Shown piece after piece: positions 1-12,149 of a stretch of DNA of 64,000 nucleotides. The position numbers and the translations under genes are program-made. The DNA is taken from the NCBI GenBank assembly GCA_964016885.1, contig OZ024741.1:158782001-158846000 (forward strand). The letters run 5' to 3'. The notes under the pieces were generated by a model, which did not search any database, was not told the DNA's origin, and saw only the letters and a program-made list of their open reading frames with translations. Numbering within the stretch: position 1 is the first letter of the stretch; each line of letters begins with the position of its first letter. The DNA is from Eledone cirrhosa (taxonomy: Eukaryota).

Positions 1-630
1 GATGAGTTAAGTAATACCGTGTTATCTGCATATCCCAGCTGACTGATCCTAGACCTGCCAGTTTTGATACCACTTTCAACTTGGTTGCACATGTCAATCC
101 TGTTTATGAAGATTATGAATAAGAGCGGTGATAATACACACTCTTGGTTGAGTTCAACATCCACATTGAATAATTTTGTCTTAACACCATTTATTCGAAC
201 ATAAATACTAGGGCATTCATATAGAAACTTCAAAGCAATAGAAGCTATCTGTCAATCCCATACTGCCGCAGAACCTTCCACAAGTCCCGTGTAATGCAGT
301 TGTATGCCTTTTTAAAGTCCAAACAAGCATACACATCTTGGCAATACTCCCACAATTTCTCAAAAATCTGCCATAGAATGAATATTTGGTCAGCTGTGCT
401 ACACCCAGGGTGAAAACCACACAATTCATCAGCCAGCTTGGACATAACAATATCCCTATATTGCTTTGCTAGACACTTAGCATACACTTTACCAGGGAGT
501 CTTAACAAGGAGATTCCTAAAAGATTAGAGCACTCTCTTTTGTCTCCCTTTTTGAAAATTGGGATTATCATTCCTGATGACCACTGTTTAGGTGCCTTTT
601 CAGAGATCCTGGCCACCTGACACACATGAG
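1..630 (-). mobile_element. Degenerate RTE-clade LINE reverse transcriptase fragment
   Basis: Frameshifted minus-strand translation gives WSSGMIIPIFKKGDKRECSN..GISLL, LDFKKAYN, VRING, QECVLSPLLF and YADN (decayed YADD); runs off the window start. Confidence 0.85.
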
Positions 631-1020
631 TCATCATCATCATCGTTTAACGTCTATCTTCCCCGCTAGCATGGGTTTAGGGGGGAATTGTCCCACTTAA
701 GACAAGATTGGTTGTTTTGCTCGTATAGGACTGTCTGGCAGGTTTTCTACGACTGGATGCCCTTCCTAACACCAACCACGTTTACAGTGTGGACTGGAAG
801 GTTTTTACCGTGTTACCTACACGGCTACATTACAGTGTGGACTGTGTGTTTTTTTGTCGTGACACCTACACGACCTAATTTATTTAGGACTGGATGTTGT
901 GGTACCAACATGACTTTACAGAGAAAGGGATGTGGGTAGTAGGTGGGGGTGTATTTTTGGTTAAGAGGTGCCTACTGACTGTAGGTTTCACTTTGTACTT
1001 AGGCAAGGCAGGTCTTATTG
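631..1020 (-). mobile_element. 3' UTR fragment of the RTE LINE family at 8085-10910, with (GAT)n tail
   Basis: Collinear with 8085-8830 but has only one copy of the 112-bp unit; tail read as tcatcatcatcatc on +. Confidence 0.85.
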
Positions 1021-2594
1021 TATACATCATACCAAAAGAAGCACATTGAGCAAGACATGGTCCCTCCCTCACCCATTTATGGGAATGTTATCTCCAGTTA
1101 AATACTGAATTGGTCTGTTTCAAACCCATCCATGCTAGCATGGAAAGAAATGGATGCAAAAGTATGATGAAGATGATGATGTATACCCACACACATAGAA
1201 ACATATAAGTAGTACACAGAATAAAAAAATATTTTATCTGTCATAGCGAGGTTCTCGTGTGTTTATTGCACATAAAGATATCGACTACTGCTAATTAAAT
1301 ATAACCAGCGAAGTTCACATATGTAAATGAGCATTTCCAGACAAGTTTTTTTATTTGTTGTATGCAAATGAGCATCACCAGCAAATGTTCCATACACAAA
1401 GCTTATAGGCTTTAGCCTATTTTCATCTCAGTACTAGTTGAGTGAATGCTACTGATGAGAAATTAATTAATCTTGAAACAGCTGTTTGGAATTCTCAACA
1501 GCTACTGAGATATCTATGACATGTCCATAGCACAAATGAGGAAAAACAAATATTTTCATAATGAAAAAATATTTTTTTCTTTGATAGAGATGCTCTTATG
1601 TGTTTATTGAACTTACATGTATAGTATATGTTTTCATGTACACCCCTATTAAACATATAATTATATATACATATATACATGTTCATACATGCATATCATC
1701 ATCATTATCATCACTGTTTAATGTCAGCTTTCCCTACTAGCAAAGGTTAAATAGGTTGTCAGCAGAACATATTGGTAATCTCGTGGAGGTACTGATCGTA
1801 CAATTGGCTTGGGAGCTTGCATCTCGTTTACATATATTCCTTCATCCTACCAAATGCTCAGATAGACCAGTGGCCCACAACTCACTTTGCGTGATCCCAC
1901 GGACTACCACCGAGTGCATTTTATTATGACACTATCACTAGGGAAGTTAGGTGAAGAGTCCTTCCGACCCTTTGTTTGGCATGTATGTAAACATACATAC
2001 ATACACACGCACTGCAAAATTTTCTCTACCCCCATCACTCTTTGTCTATCTTTCTCTGTAACTTCAATTTTGGCTGACATTTCCTTTAATGACATAATCA
2101 GCATTGCCATCACTGTCTATGATTATCATCATTATCATCACTATCTTCATCATCACCTCAATCAATGGTTTCTACCACTACCACTATCATTACCACCACT
2201 GCCAACACCACCACCACCACCATCATTGTTTTGCATCTCTACTCTAACCATCATTATTTTCACAGCTTCACACACACATACACAGAAATAAACATACACT
2301 CATACATACAGACATGCATACACATACACGGAGACAAAAATCCACACACATAAACACTGATAAACACACACATATACACAGTTAAACACACATACACATT
2401 GCCATACTAAATGTTATCTTTCCTCTCCACTCCACATCAGTTCTGTGATACTATGACACTTTATTTCCTTCTCTCTTCCCCTCTCTCTATCCATGCTTCC
2501 TCTCACTCACTCACTCTTTCTTTCATCCACTTTTCTGGGCTCTTCTTTTCTCTATAAAAACAATTTAACTGTCAAACTCTAGAGGAGTGAGATG

Positions 2595-2596
<2 letters not shown>

Positions 2597-2687
<91 letters not shown>

Positions 2688-2710
2688 TTATATATATATA
2701 TATAGAGAGA
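2597..2710. repeat. (CA)n/(TA)n/(GA)n compound microsatellite
   Basis: Direct inspection. Confidence 0.95.
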
Positions 2711-3319
2711 GAGGTGGTGTTGGAGAAGCTGGGAGGGAAGAAAAAAAGAACCAACCAATCACCGAATAAACAAATGGTAGAGAATAATTTGAAGGAGATA
2801 TTGCTGCTACTTCTAGGATATCAAGTCATAGTATAGAGGCTCCTTTGTTAATTTGTCATGTACATGGAGGCTGTAAGTCTGTTCAAGGCCGAGAGGCTCA
2901 TCAGATAGGTGCATATCCTATTTTCATGTGACATTAAACAACTGAGTGTATCTGACTTCTGCTGGCATGGGATACTATTCAATTGTAAGGTTAGCTCACA
3001 GTGAATACTCTAGTAATGGGAAATGAAGTGTCTTGCTCAAGGAGATAATGCATAATCAGGAATCAAACCTACGACTTTATGATCTTGAGCCCATCAACCT
3101 AACCACTGAACTGTGTACTTCCACCATAAAGTTCTGGAGAGCAGAACATTATTTCAACATAAACCAGTAATACACTGGGTAATTGCTGGCCTTGTGCCAA
3201 AAGTAGAAACAATTATTTCAACATAAACATTTTTATCATTGTTGCTGTTATTGTTGTTATTGTTGTTATTGTTTGTTCAGACAATTATTAATTTAAAATT
3301 TTTCATTCTTCAATTTCAG

Positions 3320-3415
3320 TGCGGATTTTTTGAAAGACAGAAAGTCCATCATATAAGACACAGTGGAAAGATGAGACAATTATCACAACCTGATCCAGAT
3401 GAAGATAAACAATAG
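3320..3415 (+). CDS. Last coding exon of an integrin alpha subunit (cytoplasmic tail CGFFERQKVHHIRHSGKMRQLSQPDPDEDKQ*)
   Basis: Pyrimidine-rich acceptor tttcattcttcaatttcAG at 3301-3319; the phase-0 frame starts CGFFER, matching the integrin alpha KxGFFKR motif, which often begins an exon; short acidic tail; TAG at 3413-3415. Confidence 0.8.
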   Translation, partial: CGFFERQKVHHIRHSGKMRQLSQPDPDEDKQ

Positions 3416-3454
3416 GATTATTACCATTAATATTATTAATATTATTATCATTTG

Positions 3455-3800
3455 GACAAAATGCCTTGCAGTATTATTGTTCTGACCCTCTTCCCTCAGA
3501 GTTCACCTCTCACAGAGATCAACTTTGCCTTTCATCCTTTCAAGGTCGATAACATAAAGTATCAGTCAAGAACTGGGGTCGATTTAACCCTTTTGTTTCC
3601 ATATTTATAATGAAAAACACTGCCTGTAATTTTCAAATAATTTTGAAAATAATCAAGAATTTGAAGGGGTTTAGTAAAATAACTTTTTCATTATTAAACT
3701 AATGTTTGGAACATAAGCGGTTTGTTATAAAAAGGGTTAATTGACCTAGCCCCTTTCCAATTGCTGGCTTTGTGCCTTAATTAGAAACCTTTATTATTAT
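3455..3800 (+). mobile_element. SINE (family B), interrupted by a TTAA MITE
   Basis: gagttca...actttgcctttcatcctttcaaggtcgataa...attgctggctttgtgcc matches 50430-50610. Confidence 0.7.
3588..3736. mobile_element. piggyBac-like MITE
   Basis: TTAA|CCCTTTT ... AAAAGGG|TTAA (terminal inverted repeats, TTAA duplication); splits a SINE. Confidence 0.7.
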
Positions 3801-4309
3801 TACAATCATGGTCTTTTCTCTTCCTCTCCCTGACTTTCATTCCTTTATATAACAACCTCAGAAAAGATAATCGTTTATGATCTCATGTTCCCACAAAATA
3901 CACACTCAGGGTCAAATATTGACCCTTTTCCTATTCTAACATGTCATTCCATTTACAAACAATTTCATTTTCACCTTCTTTTGTCTTCCTCTCTCTTTAT
4001 CCCTCCTCCTCATATCAGCACCCCAACCCTGTTCTGGAAATTTCCTCATCGAACCAACTCACTTTTAAAGAACAAACATTTCCATTTATTTTTTTTTATT
4101 TTCAACTGATGTAATTAAATTTATTTATGTGTTGTTGTTGGAAAAAGAATGTCTTTTATTAATTCTTTAACAAGCACCTCAAAAAATGTTCAATCATTTT
4201 TTTTTAAATCTAAAGTGTGCCCGTATGTGTGTGTGTGTGCATACAGTTTGTTTTAAAAACCATGCTTTCAAAACCTAATTTTTTTTATTTTATTTTATTT
4301 GTTGTACTG

Positions 4310-4605
4310 GTTTCACAGGCTCTCCCAGCCAAGCCCACAGCTTCCATAGGTTCTCAAAGTCAAGCCCACAGCTTTCACAAGCCCTTACAGCTTTCACAGG
4401 CCCTTACAGCTAATTGCCCTTACAGCCAATTGCCTTTACAGACCCCCAAGCCTGTGACCTTTATAGATCCTCAAAGTCATGCCCTTGATATTCACAGGCC
4501 CTCTCAGCCAAGCCTGTGGGTTTTACAGGCCATCCCAATCAAGCTTGTGACTTTTGCAGATTCTCACAGCCATGCCTATAACTTTAACAGCCCTCCCAAT
4601 CAAGA
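4310..4605. repeat. Degenerate ~30-bp minisatellite
   Basis: Recurring tttcacaggcc...ccaagcc units. Confidence 0.6.
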
Positions 4606-4734
4606 CTATTAAGAATGATGGTAGTTGATGTTTGGCTTTTACAGACCCGAGTGAGAAAAATGTACGGAAAAGGAATTCCAAGCAGAGGAAGGACTGTGTA
4701 ATGTTTGTATCATTGTCAATCTTGATAACTCAAA

Positions 4735-4990
4735 CAGTGCACTAGCATAGTTTACTGACTGTGTGTGGGTAGTATTGGGGACATAGTCTAATTTCTTGGT
4801 AGCTCTCACAACATACCAACATAGTCTACTGGGTTAGTGTGGGTAGTGTTGGTGACATGATATAACTTCTTGGTATCTCTCACAACACACCAACATTGTT
4901 TATTGGGTTAGTGTGGATATCATTCTCTAAATTGGGGTATTAATGTCTAACTTGGTAGGCATCACATCACACTAACATAGTCTACTAAAA
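4735..4990. repeat. Degenerate ~75-bp tandem repeat, about 3 copies
   Basis: Recurring aacatagtctactgggttagtgtgggtag...cttggta.ctctcacaaca. Confidence 0.6.
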
Positions 4991-5228
4991 TTAACTATAT
5001 ATGCTATTATGAATCCTTAATTATTTAAAACCATAACACTATAAACTATTATTGGTATATTGGCATTAGATGCCTTTTGATTCTGTTGTGCCACATTTTT
5101 CATAACATCGGATAATTCTCCTCCAGGCTTTCCATTAACTAATTATTTACTAGTTATAACTAGTTTTCATTAATTAATTATAATTGGTTAATCCTTTCCC
5201 TTGTAAATGAAATTAGCTAAACATAATG

Positions 5229-5566
5229 GAGGCACATGGCTTAGTGGTTAGAATATTGGCCTTGCAATCGAAAGGTTGTGAGTTCAATTCTCAGACCGGG
5301 TGATGTGTTGTTTCCTTGAGCAAGACACTTTATTTCACATTGCTCCAGTTTACTCAGCTGTAGAAATGAGATGATAGGGGCTGGAGTCCTTATCATTCCA
5401 CTGCAAAGTGGTCGTGGAGGTGCCACGGCAAAAAGCACCCAGCACTCACTGTAAAATGAGGTTAGTGTTAGGAAGGGCATCCAACTGTAGAAATCAAGCC
5501 AGAATCAGTTCCCGTCCCACCCCTGCAAGCAGGGAAAAGCGGACGTAAAATGATGATGATGATGAT
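5229..5566 (+). mobile_element. Full-length tRNA-head SINE (family A) with RTE-type 3' end and (GAT)n tail
   Basis: A box tggcttagtgg, B box gagttcaattc, ccttgagcaagacact body, aggaagggcatcc motif, cggacgtaaaa(tga)n tail; near-identical copy at 11635-11955. Confidence 0.85.
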
Positions 5567-8187
5567 AAACTGTGTAGAAAGCTATCAGATGAACTGTAAA
5601 TTGAAAGAGTTAGCTTTGTCATACACTGTATAATGGTGATTTTGCCCAAGAATGACATTAAGGGCAAAAGTTTCTGTGAAATACTCAGCCATTTGCATGT
5701 TAATTTTACAAGTAGGCCCATCAGTTGATCAAACAACAGAATGCTTATAGTCAAAACTGTTGAAGAATCAGATCTGTACGTATTTTCTCAATTATAATTG
5801 AAAATTATCTGAGGTTGAGAAGAAAGTTTGAATAGGCCTATTTTATGTATTGAAATACTAATTAGTTTTCTTCCTACCATTTTAAATTTAGCAATCTGTA
5901 TGTCTCTCATTGACTGGTGTATCTGGTCCTAGCACTGGTATCTCTTCATCAGTAGTTCTTATTAACTGACAGTATTTAGTCTTGGTATCTGTTATCTGTT
6001 CCTCATTGATTAACTGTATTTGGTCCATGTATCTGTTAACATTGATTGACTGTATTTTGTCCTGGTACTGGCATCTGTTCATCATTACTTGTACATATTT
6101 AAGTGAAATAACATTGTTTTGTGCTATTATTGTTATTAATACCTGAAAGACTAATGTTAAAAACAATATTTCAACATTTCCTTTTTATCAGTTGCTGTAT
6201 TATGGTAGAGATGTAAACTGAAATTATAGCACAAAACAGGGTGGAGGTAAATTTACTTTTGAAACATTGCCACGGGTGTGAATGAGAAGGAAAGGTTGCG
6301 AACACCTGCATTATGGTTATCAATTCCATTTCAAACAGTACTTCAGCACTCCACCACGGAATTATTTCCAGCATTCTTAATGATTATTGGCAATGAAGCT
6401 CCATCAGGTCAAATGTCTTCCTCAAAAGTTACCATTTTGATCTTTTGGTCATTCTTATGTTAAATTACTTTTGACATCCTGTAAAGACTTGGTAAAAAAA
6501 ATATTTAAAAAAATAACAGCTTTATTAAATCAGTTGTTTATATCATCTTTACTAGTGGATAGATTGTTGTAAGCATTCACAGTTTTAAGTAAAAACTTAA
6601 ATTTTTAATGTGATGCAGTCAGAATACTGTTTTGTACTTTTCGAAAACGTCTTGCTAATGCAGTTACATGTGGTACAGGACATTAAGAATTAATATTCAA
6701 TTAGAATATTAATGTTAATAAATTTTTTTTTTTTCAGAATATAAAGACATTGCAAGTGAGTGGCATCAACTGTCTCAATCAACCATTCCATTCAATAAAG
6801 TTCATTTTGAAACAAATATCCATTTTCTCTCTGTTTTAAAGCAAATTTACAACCATTTCTCATTTATCTTGATGTACTTTAATCATCTTCACATGTTTCT
6901 GAAATACTTCTGTTCCTGGAGAAGATACCAGAGGCTAGAGCTATGATTGTCATTTTATGACAGCTTTTCAAGCTGGCATACATTAGTTAGATTGATACAA
7001 TCCAAGTCAACTTTTATTCGGAGTTATTGCCCTTGAAGATGGATCAACTGACTACATTTTATTTTTTACATAGGTTCTCAACTGAAGGTCCTTCCTAACA
7101 CTAACCACCTTACAGAATGTACTGGGTCCATTCTAGCATCAGTGTTAGAGAGGTTGTCAAATCCTAAAACAAGACTAAAAGGACGTCTCTATCCTATTTT
7201 GTTTCCTCACATTTGGTAACCACTTCACAGAGTGTATTGGGTTCATTTTATCATGACACCAACACTAGAGAGATTGTCTTGTATCTCATAAGACTAAATA
7301 ACTAAAAGAAAAAAAAAGAAGGAAATGCTTTTAGTCTAAAAAAAAATCCAGGAAATAGAATCCTATAGGACCCACCACACCACACCACACAGCAAACATT
7401 AGAAATGAAGTGTCTGATGGCTGATTGAAGTTATAAAAATTAATCGTTTTCATACCAAACCACTCAAAACTGACTTTAGTTCTATGAAACAAAATCACTC
7501 ATTCTAAATTGCTCTTATTTAAATGAAAGTTTTCCAACATAACTTTATATAAGAATCATATATCAAATTATTTTCTTAGCAATAAAATAATTAATTTTAG
7601 TAAATCCCTCAAAATTCTTCATCAATTAATTGAAATAGAGTCTTTCTATTTAAATTAAAATCTTCCAACATAATTTTATATAAGATCCATATGCTTAGTT
7701 ACTATTTTAATAATGAAATAATTAACAATATTAGTAAATCTCCCCAAATTGTTCATCAATCAATAGTATATTTCATTAGAAATTCGGCCACAAAAGGGTG
7801 AGTCTTTGATTAATAAAACAGTAGACTTAGAGGAGTCTAGCATGCTTCTGCATTGACAAATATTTATAAGAAGAGTTCTAATAGTGTAATTAATTTTATG
7901 GTGTGAGGATGGTTAGAAATCTAAGGTCACAGACAGAACTGTTCCAGAGAGAGAGATGTCAAACTTAATATTTAGATTGTAGCAGAATTAATGTGATGGG
8001 CAGAGAAAGAAAGAGGGGAGAGAGCACCATCAGCAATTTTACTTCCACTTTTTCATGCTGACATGGGTTGGATAGGTTGTTTTCATCATCATCATCATCA
8101 TCAACGTTTAACGTCCGTGTTCCACGCTTGCATGGGTTTGGACGGGGGTTTTCCCACTTGAGGCAAGAGTGATTATCTTGCTCACAT

Positions 8188-8640
8188 AGGACTGTCTGGC
8201 GGGTTTTCTACAGTTGGATGCCCTTCCTAACACCAACCACATTTACAGTGTGGGTCTGGGAGGTTTTTACCGTGTTGCCTACACGGCCACATTACAGCGT
8301 GGACTGTCTGGCGGGTTTTCTACAGCTGGATGCCCTTCCTAACACCAACCACATTTACAGTGTGGGGCTGGGAGGTTTTTACCGTGTTGCCTACACGGCC
8401 ACATTACAGCGTGGACTGTCTGGCGGGTTTTCTACAGCTGGATGCCCTTCCTAACACCAACCACATTTACAGTGTGGGGCTGGGAGGTTTTTACCATGTT
8501 GCCCACTCGGCCATATTACAGTGTGGAGTGTCTGGCGGGTTTTCTACAGCTGGATGCCCTTCCTAACACCAACCACATTTAGAGTGTGGGGCTGGGAGGT
8601 TTTTACCGTGTTGCCTACATGGCCACATTACAGCGTGGAC
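8188..8640. repeat. 112-bp tandem repeat, about 4 copies, in the RTE 3' UTR
   Basis: Unit ggactgtctggcgggttttctacagctggatgcccttcctaacacc... with period 112 (e.g. 8218 and 8330). Confidence 0.92.
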
Positions 8641-8812
8641 TGTGTGTTTTTTTGTCGTGACACCTACACGATCTCATTTGTTTCGGTCTGGATGGTGTGG
8701 CACCAACATAACTTTACATTGAAAGGGGCGGTGTGGATGGGGTGGGGGATGGTGGGACGGGGGTGTATTTTGTTAGAGATGCCTACTGACTGTAGTAGGT
8801 TTTACTTTGTAT

Positions 8813-10852
8813 TTAGGTAAGGCGGGTCTTCTCTATTACTGAGTACCGCCAAAGGTCTCGGTCCAGTGACATTGTCTTGGAGAGGTGTAAGTGTGTGAGG
8901 TCGGAATTTATCAACTTGTCCCAGGTTTTTCTGGGTCTGCCTATTCCGTGGCTACCGTCTATCTTTATTGCCCTGCACTTTGTTATACAGCTATCGTCTT
9001 TCATGCGCATCACGTGACCATACCAACGTAGCCTTCTCTCAAGTAAACAACATCTGATCCCTCTTATTTCTAATTTTTTCCTTAGTTCGTTTATGCTTTG
9101 CCGTTCATGTATATTACTGTTACACATCCAGCGGAGCATGCAAGCTTTGTTCCTCTCTAGTCTGCGTATATCCTCTGCACACAATGCCCAGGTCTCACTG
9201 CCATGCAACATTGCTGTTCGTATGCAGGCATCATACAACCTGCCTTTCATTTTTAGGGAGAACCCTTTAGCGGCTAATAGTGGTATAAGCTCTCTGAACT
9301 TTTTCCATCCAGTTCTGACTCTAGCTACTGTACTCTCAGAGCACCCTCCCCCCCTGCTGATTTTGTCACCCAGGTAACGGAAGCTGTCCACTATTTCTAT
9401 AGAACCCTCTGCGCAGTTGAAAGAGCTAGTATTTTGTGGGCACTTGCTGCTACTTGCACCAGAGCACCGGCCACATGTAAAATCTATGTTCTTAGTTAGC
9501 TTACCTGTGATCCCACTACATCTTTTATGCACCCATACTTTGCATTTGGGACACAAAATGGAGTTTCTACCTACGCCTTTCCTACACACTGAGCATGGCC
9601 ACTTCCCGGAAGGGACCGCCGCCTTATTTTCTTTCTTACAAACTAGAACTTTAGTCTTAGCCAGGTTAATTTTAAGGCCTTTTGATTCTAGGCCGTGCTT
9701 CCATGTTTGGAATTTCTTCTCTAGCTCGGCCATTGATTCAGCTATGAGTGTTAGGTCATCTGCGTATAGGAGTTCCCATGGGCAACCGGTCTTGAACTCC
9801 TCTGTTATAGCCTGAAGGGCAATAATAAATAGTAGGGGGCTGAGAACAGAGCCCTGATGGACGCCAACTTTTACGCTAAACTCTTCACTATATTCGTTGT
9901 TAATTCTAACCTTGCTGACTGTTTCTTTATACATGGCTTGTATAGCCCTCACAAGCCATTCGTCAACACCTAGTTTTCTAAGAGCCCACCAGATAATGGA
10001 ACGGGGGACTCTGTCGAAGGCTTTCTCCAAGTCGACAAAAGCTAAGTATAGGGGTTTACTTTTAGCTAGGTACTTCTCCTGTAGTTGTCGTACAATGAAA
10101 AGAGCGTCTGTGGTACTTTTGCCTGACACAAACCCGAACTGCATTTCATCTAGATCAATTCTCTCTCTGATTAGTTGCGCTATTACTTTTTCCGTGACCT
10201 TCATGACCTGGTCGATTAATTTAATGCCTCTATAGTTACTCCTATCTAGGGCATCTCCTTTACCCTTATAACAGTTAACGATGATGCTGCTACGCCAGTC
10301 CTTCGGAACAACCACATTCTGTACGACTTGGTTAACTATGCGGGTGACCATGGTGTGTCCCACCGTACCAGATGCCTTCAGCATCTCGGCAACTATTTCC
10401 GAAGGCCCAGCCGCCTTACCCGTCTTCATATCTTTGATTGCCTGACTTATTATACTACCCTCGACTAACACTGCTGGTCCCTCTATTGGGTCAATGTGGG
10501 GGAGACTGTCTTTCTCCCATTTATTCTCCTCATTTAGTAGCCTTTCGTAGTGACACTTCCAAGCTACCTTCTTATCAGCGTCGGTGATGGCAAGTATGGC
10601 GTCATCATTAAGTACACACTTCTCCCCGACAATATCACGGTTTTCCTTGACACATTGCCTAGCAATCCTGAACACCTCAGGTTTTTGGTCCTCGCGTTGT
10701 AGAACATGCTTGAACTTTCTTTCCTCTGCTTCCCTTCTTGCGAAGTACACTTGTCTCCTAGCTTCCCTCCTGGCCACTTGATAGTCTTCTCTGCTTCCCC
10801 CATCCCGCATTACTTTCCAAGCCTGCTTTTTGGCCTTAATTGACCCCTCCAA
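8813..10852 (-). CDS. RTE LINE ORF2 remnant: reverse transcriptase with an inserted PHD-type zinc finger
   Basis: KGKGDALDRSNYRGIKL, QFGF, FVDLEKAFDRV, GVHQGSVLSPLLF, YADD (9755-9766), FRYLG, RRLRWYGHV, GRPRKTW; open frame without stops. Confidence 0.93.
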   Translation of the reverse strand: MEGSIKAKKQAWKVMRDGGSREDYQVARREARRQVYFARREAEERKFKHVLQREDQKPEVFRIARQCVKENRDIVGEKCVLNDDAILAITDADKKVAWKCHYERLLNEENKWEKDSLPHIDPIEGPAVLVEGSIISQAIKDMKTGKAAGPSEIVAEMLKASGTVGHTMVTRIVNQVVQNVVVPKDWRSSIIVNCYKGKGDALDRSNYRGIKLIDQVMKVTEKVIAQLIRERIDLDEMQFGFVSGKSTTDALFIVRQLQEKYLAKSKPLYLAFVDLEKAFDRVPRSIIWWALRKLGVDEWLVRAIQAMYKETVSKVRINNEYSEEFSVKVGVHQGSVLSPLLFIIALQAITEEFKTGCPWELLYADDLTLIAESMAELEKKFQTWKHGLESKGLKINLAKTKVLVCKKENKAAVPSGKWPCSVCRKGVGRNSILCPKCKVWVHKRCSGITGKLTKNIDFTCGRCSGASSSKCPQNTSSFNCAEGSIEIVDSFRYLGDKISRGGGCSESTVARVRTGWKKFRELIPLLAAKGFSLKMKGRLYDACIRTAMLHGSETWALCAEDIRRLERNKACMLRWMCNSNIHERQSINELRKKLEIRGIRCCLLERRLRWYGHVMRMKDDSCITKCRAIKIDGSHGIGRPRKTWDKLINSDLTHLHLSKTMSLDRDLWRYSVIEKTRLT

Positions 10853-11054
10853 CTACTGTTCCACCACCATGTTACTCTCCTCCTGCCTACAGGCCTGCTC
10901 CAGCCACTGAAACAATGTTTTACAGCTGGATGGCTTCCCTGATACCAACCATTTTAGTCGCCCCTTACAACATACAGTACAGGAATACAATGTACCTGTT
11001 ATAATAAATGGGATACAGATAAACACATTATAGCTGTTGTTGGACTTCTGTTGT

Positions 11055-11280
11055 TTTTGATGATGAGTGCTCCAGTTGATTCAATCAATGGAATTGCCTG
11101 CTCATGTAATTAACGTGCAAGTGGCTGAGCATTCTACAGATATGTGCACCAGCAACATAGTTTTCAGTGCAGTTCAATGTGACACAATGTGTAACAAGGC
11201 TGTCATTTTGAATTACAAGTACAACTTATTTTTGCCAGCTGACTGGGCTAGAGCAGCATGCTCAAGAACACAATGTGACA
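11055..11280 (-). mobile_element. SINE body fragment (related to 44025-44290, 48430-48600, 5570-5760)
   Basis: Shared gatgagtgctccagttgattcaatcaa...caagtggctgagcatt. Confidence 0.6.
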
Positions 11281-11417
11281 AGGTGTATAGATATATATCA
11301 TGTCAATGATAAATAAGAAATGGAAAAAGTGAACAGAGGCACTTCCATGGATGTTCATGTGTGTGTGTAAATAAATATATATATATATATACAAACACAC
11401 ACACACATACACATATA

Positions 11418-12125
11418 TACACTGTAAATGTGGTTGGTGTTAGGAAGGGCATCCAGCTGTAAAAAAAACCTGCCAGAGACGCTTCCGTGCGAGCGAAACA
11501 TGGTCTCTCGACTATTCACGCATCTAATGGAACCCATGCTAGCGTGGAAGATGGACATTAAACGATGATGATGATATATTTAAATATATATATATATATA
11601 TACATATATATACATATATATATATATACATATATTGGCCTTGCAATCGAAAGGTTGTGAGTTCAATTCTCAGACCGGGTGATGTGTTGTTTCCTTGAGC
11701 AAGACACTTTATTTCACATTGCTCCAGTTTACTCAGCTGTAGAAATCAGATGATAGGGACTGGGGTCCATATCATTCCACTGCAAAGTGGTCGTGGAGGT
11801 GCCACGGCAAAAAAGCACCCAGCACTCACTGTAAATGAGGTTGGTGTTAGGAAGGGCATCCAGCGGTAGAAATCAAGCCAGAATCAGTTCCCGTCCCATC
11901 CTTGCAAGCAGGGAAAAGCAGACGTAAAATGATGATGATGATGATGATGATGATAACATATATATATATTGTAAACGTGGTTGGTGTTAGGAAGGGCATC
12001 CAGCCGTAGAAAACCTGCCAGTCAGTCCTATACGATCAAGACAACCAATCTTGCCTCAAGTGGGACAATTCCCGTCTAAACACATGCTAGCATGGAAGAT
12101 AGACGTTAAACGATGATGATGATGG
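11418..12125 (+). mobile_element. Cluster of RTE-tail SINE/LINE 3' fragments separated by (TA)n, including a 5'-truncated family A SINE at 11635-11955
   Basis: Three ggttggtgttaggaagggcatccag...(gat)n modules. Confidence 0.8.
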
Positions 12126-12149
12126 GTATGATGAGGTGTAGTATCAATA

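Larger units (their letters stand above)
8085..10910 (-). mobile_element. 5'-truncated RTE-clade LINE
   Basis: 679-aa RT ORF, WWN motif just upstream in a shifted frame, 3' UTR and (GAT)n tail at 8085-8103; no endonuclease domain present. Confidence 0.95.

Noticed and set aside
1887-2353. His/Pro/Thr-rich ORFs
   Set aside because: Derived from (CAT)n/(CAC)n low-complexity sequence
5229-5300. tRNA gene
   Set aside because: A and B boxes run into a SINE body and tail; no complete cloverleaf
5888-6480. ORFs 5888-6166 and 6171-6374 as genes
   Set aside because: The first overlaps a degenerate ~40-bp repeat; the second has no recognisable motif and neighbouring frames contain stops
9093-10781. 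Plus-strand ORFs within the LINE
   Set aside because: Antisense shadows of the RT ORF
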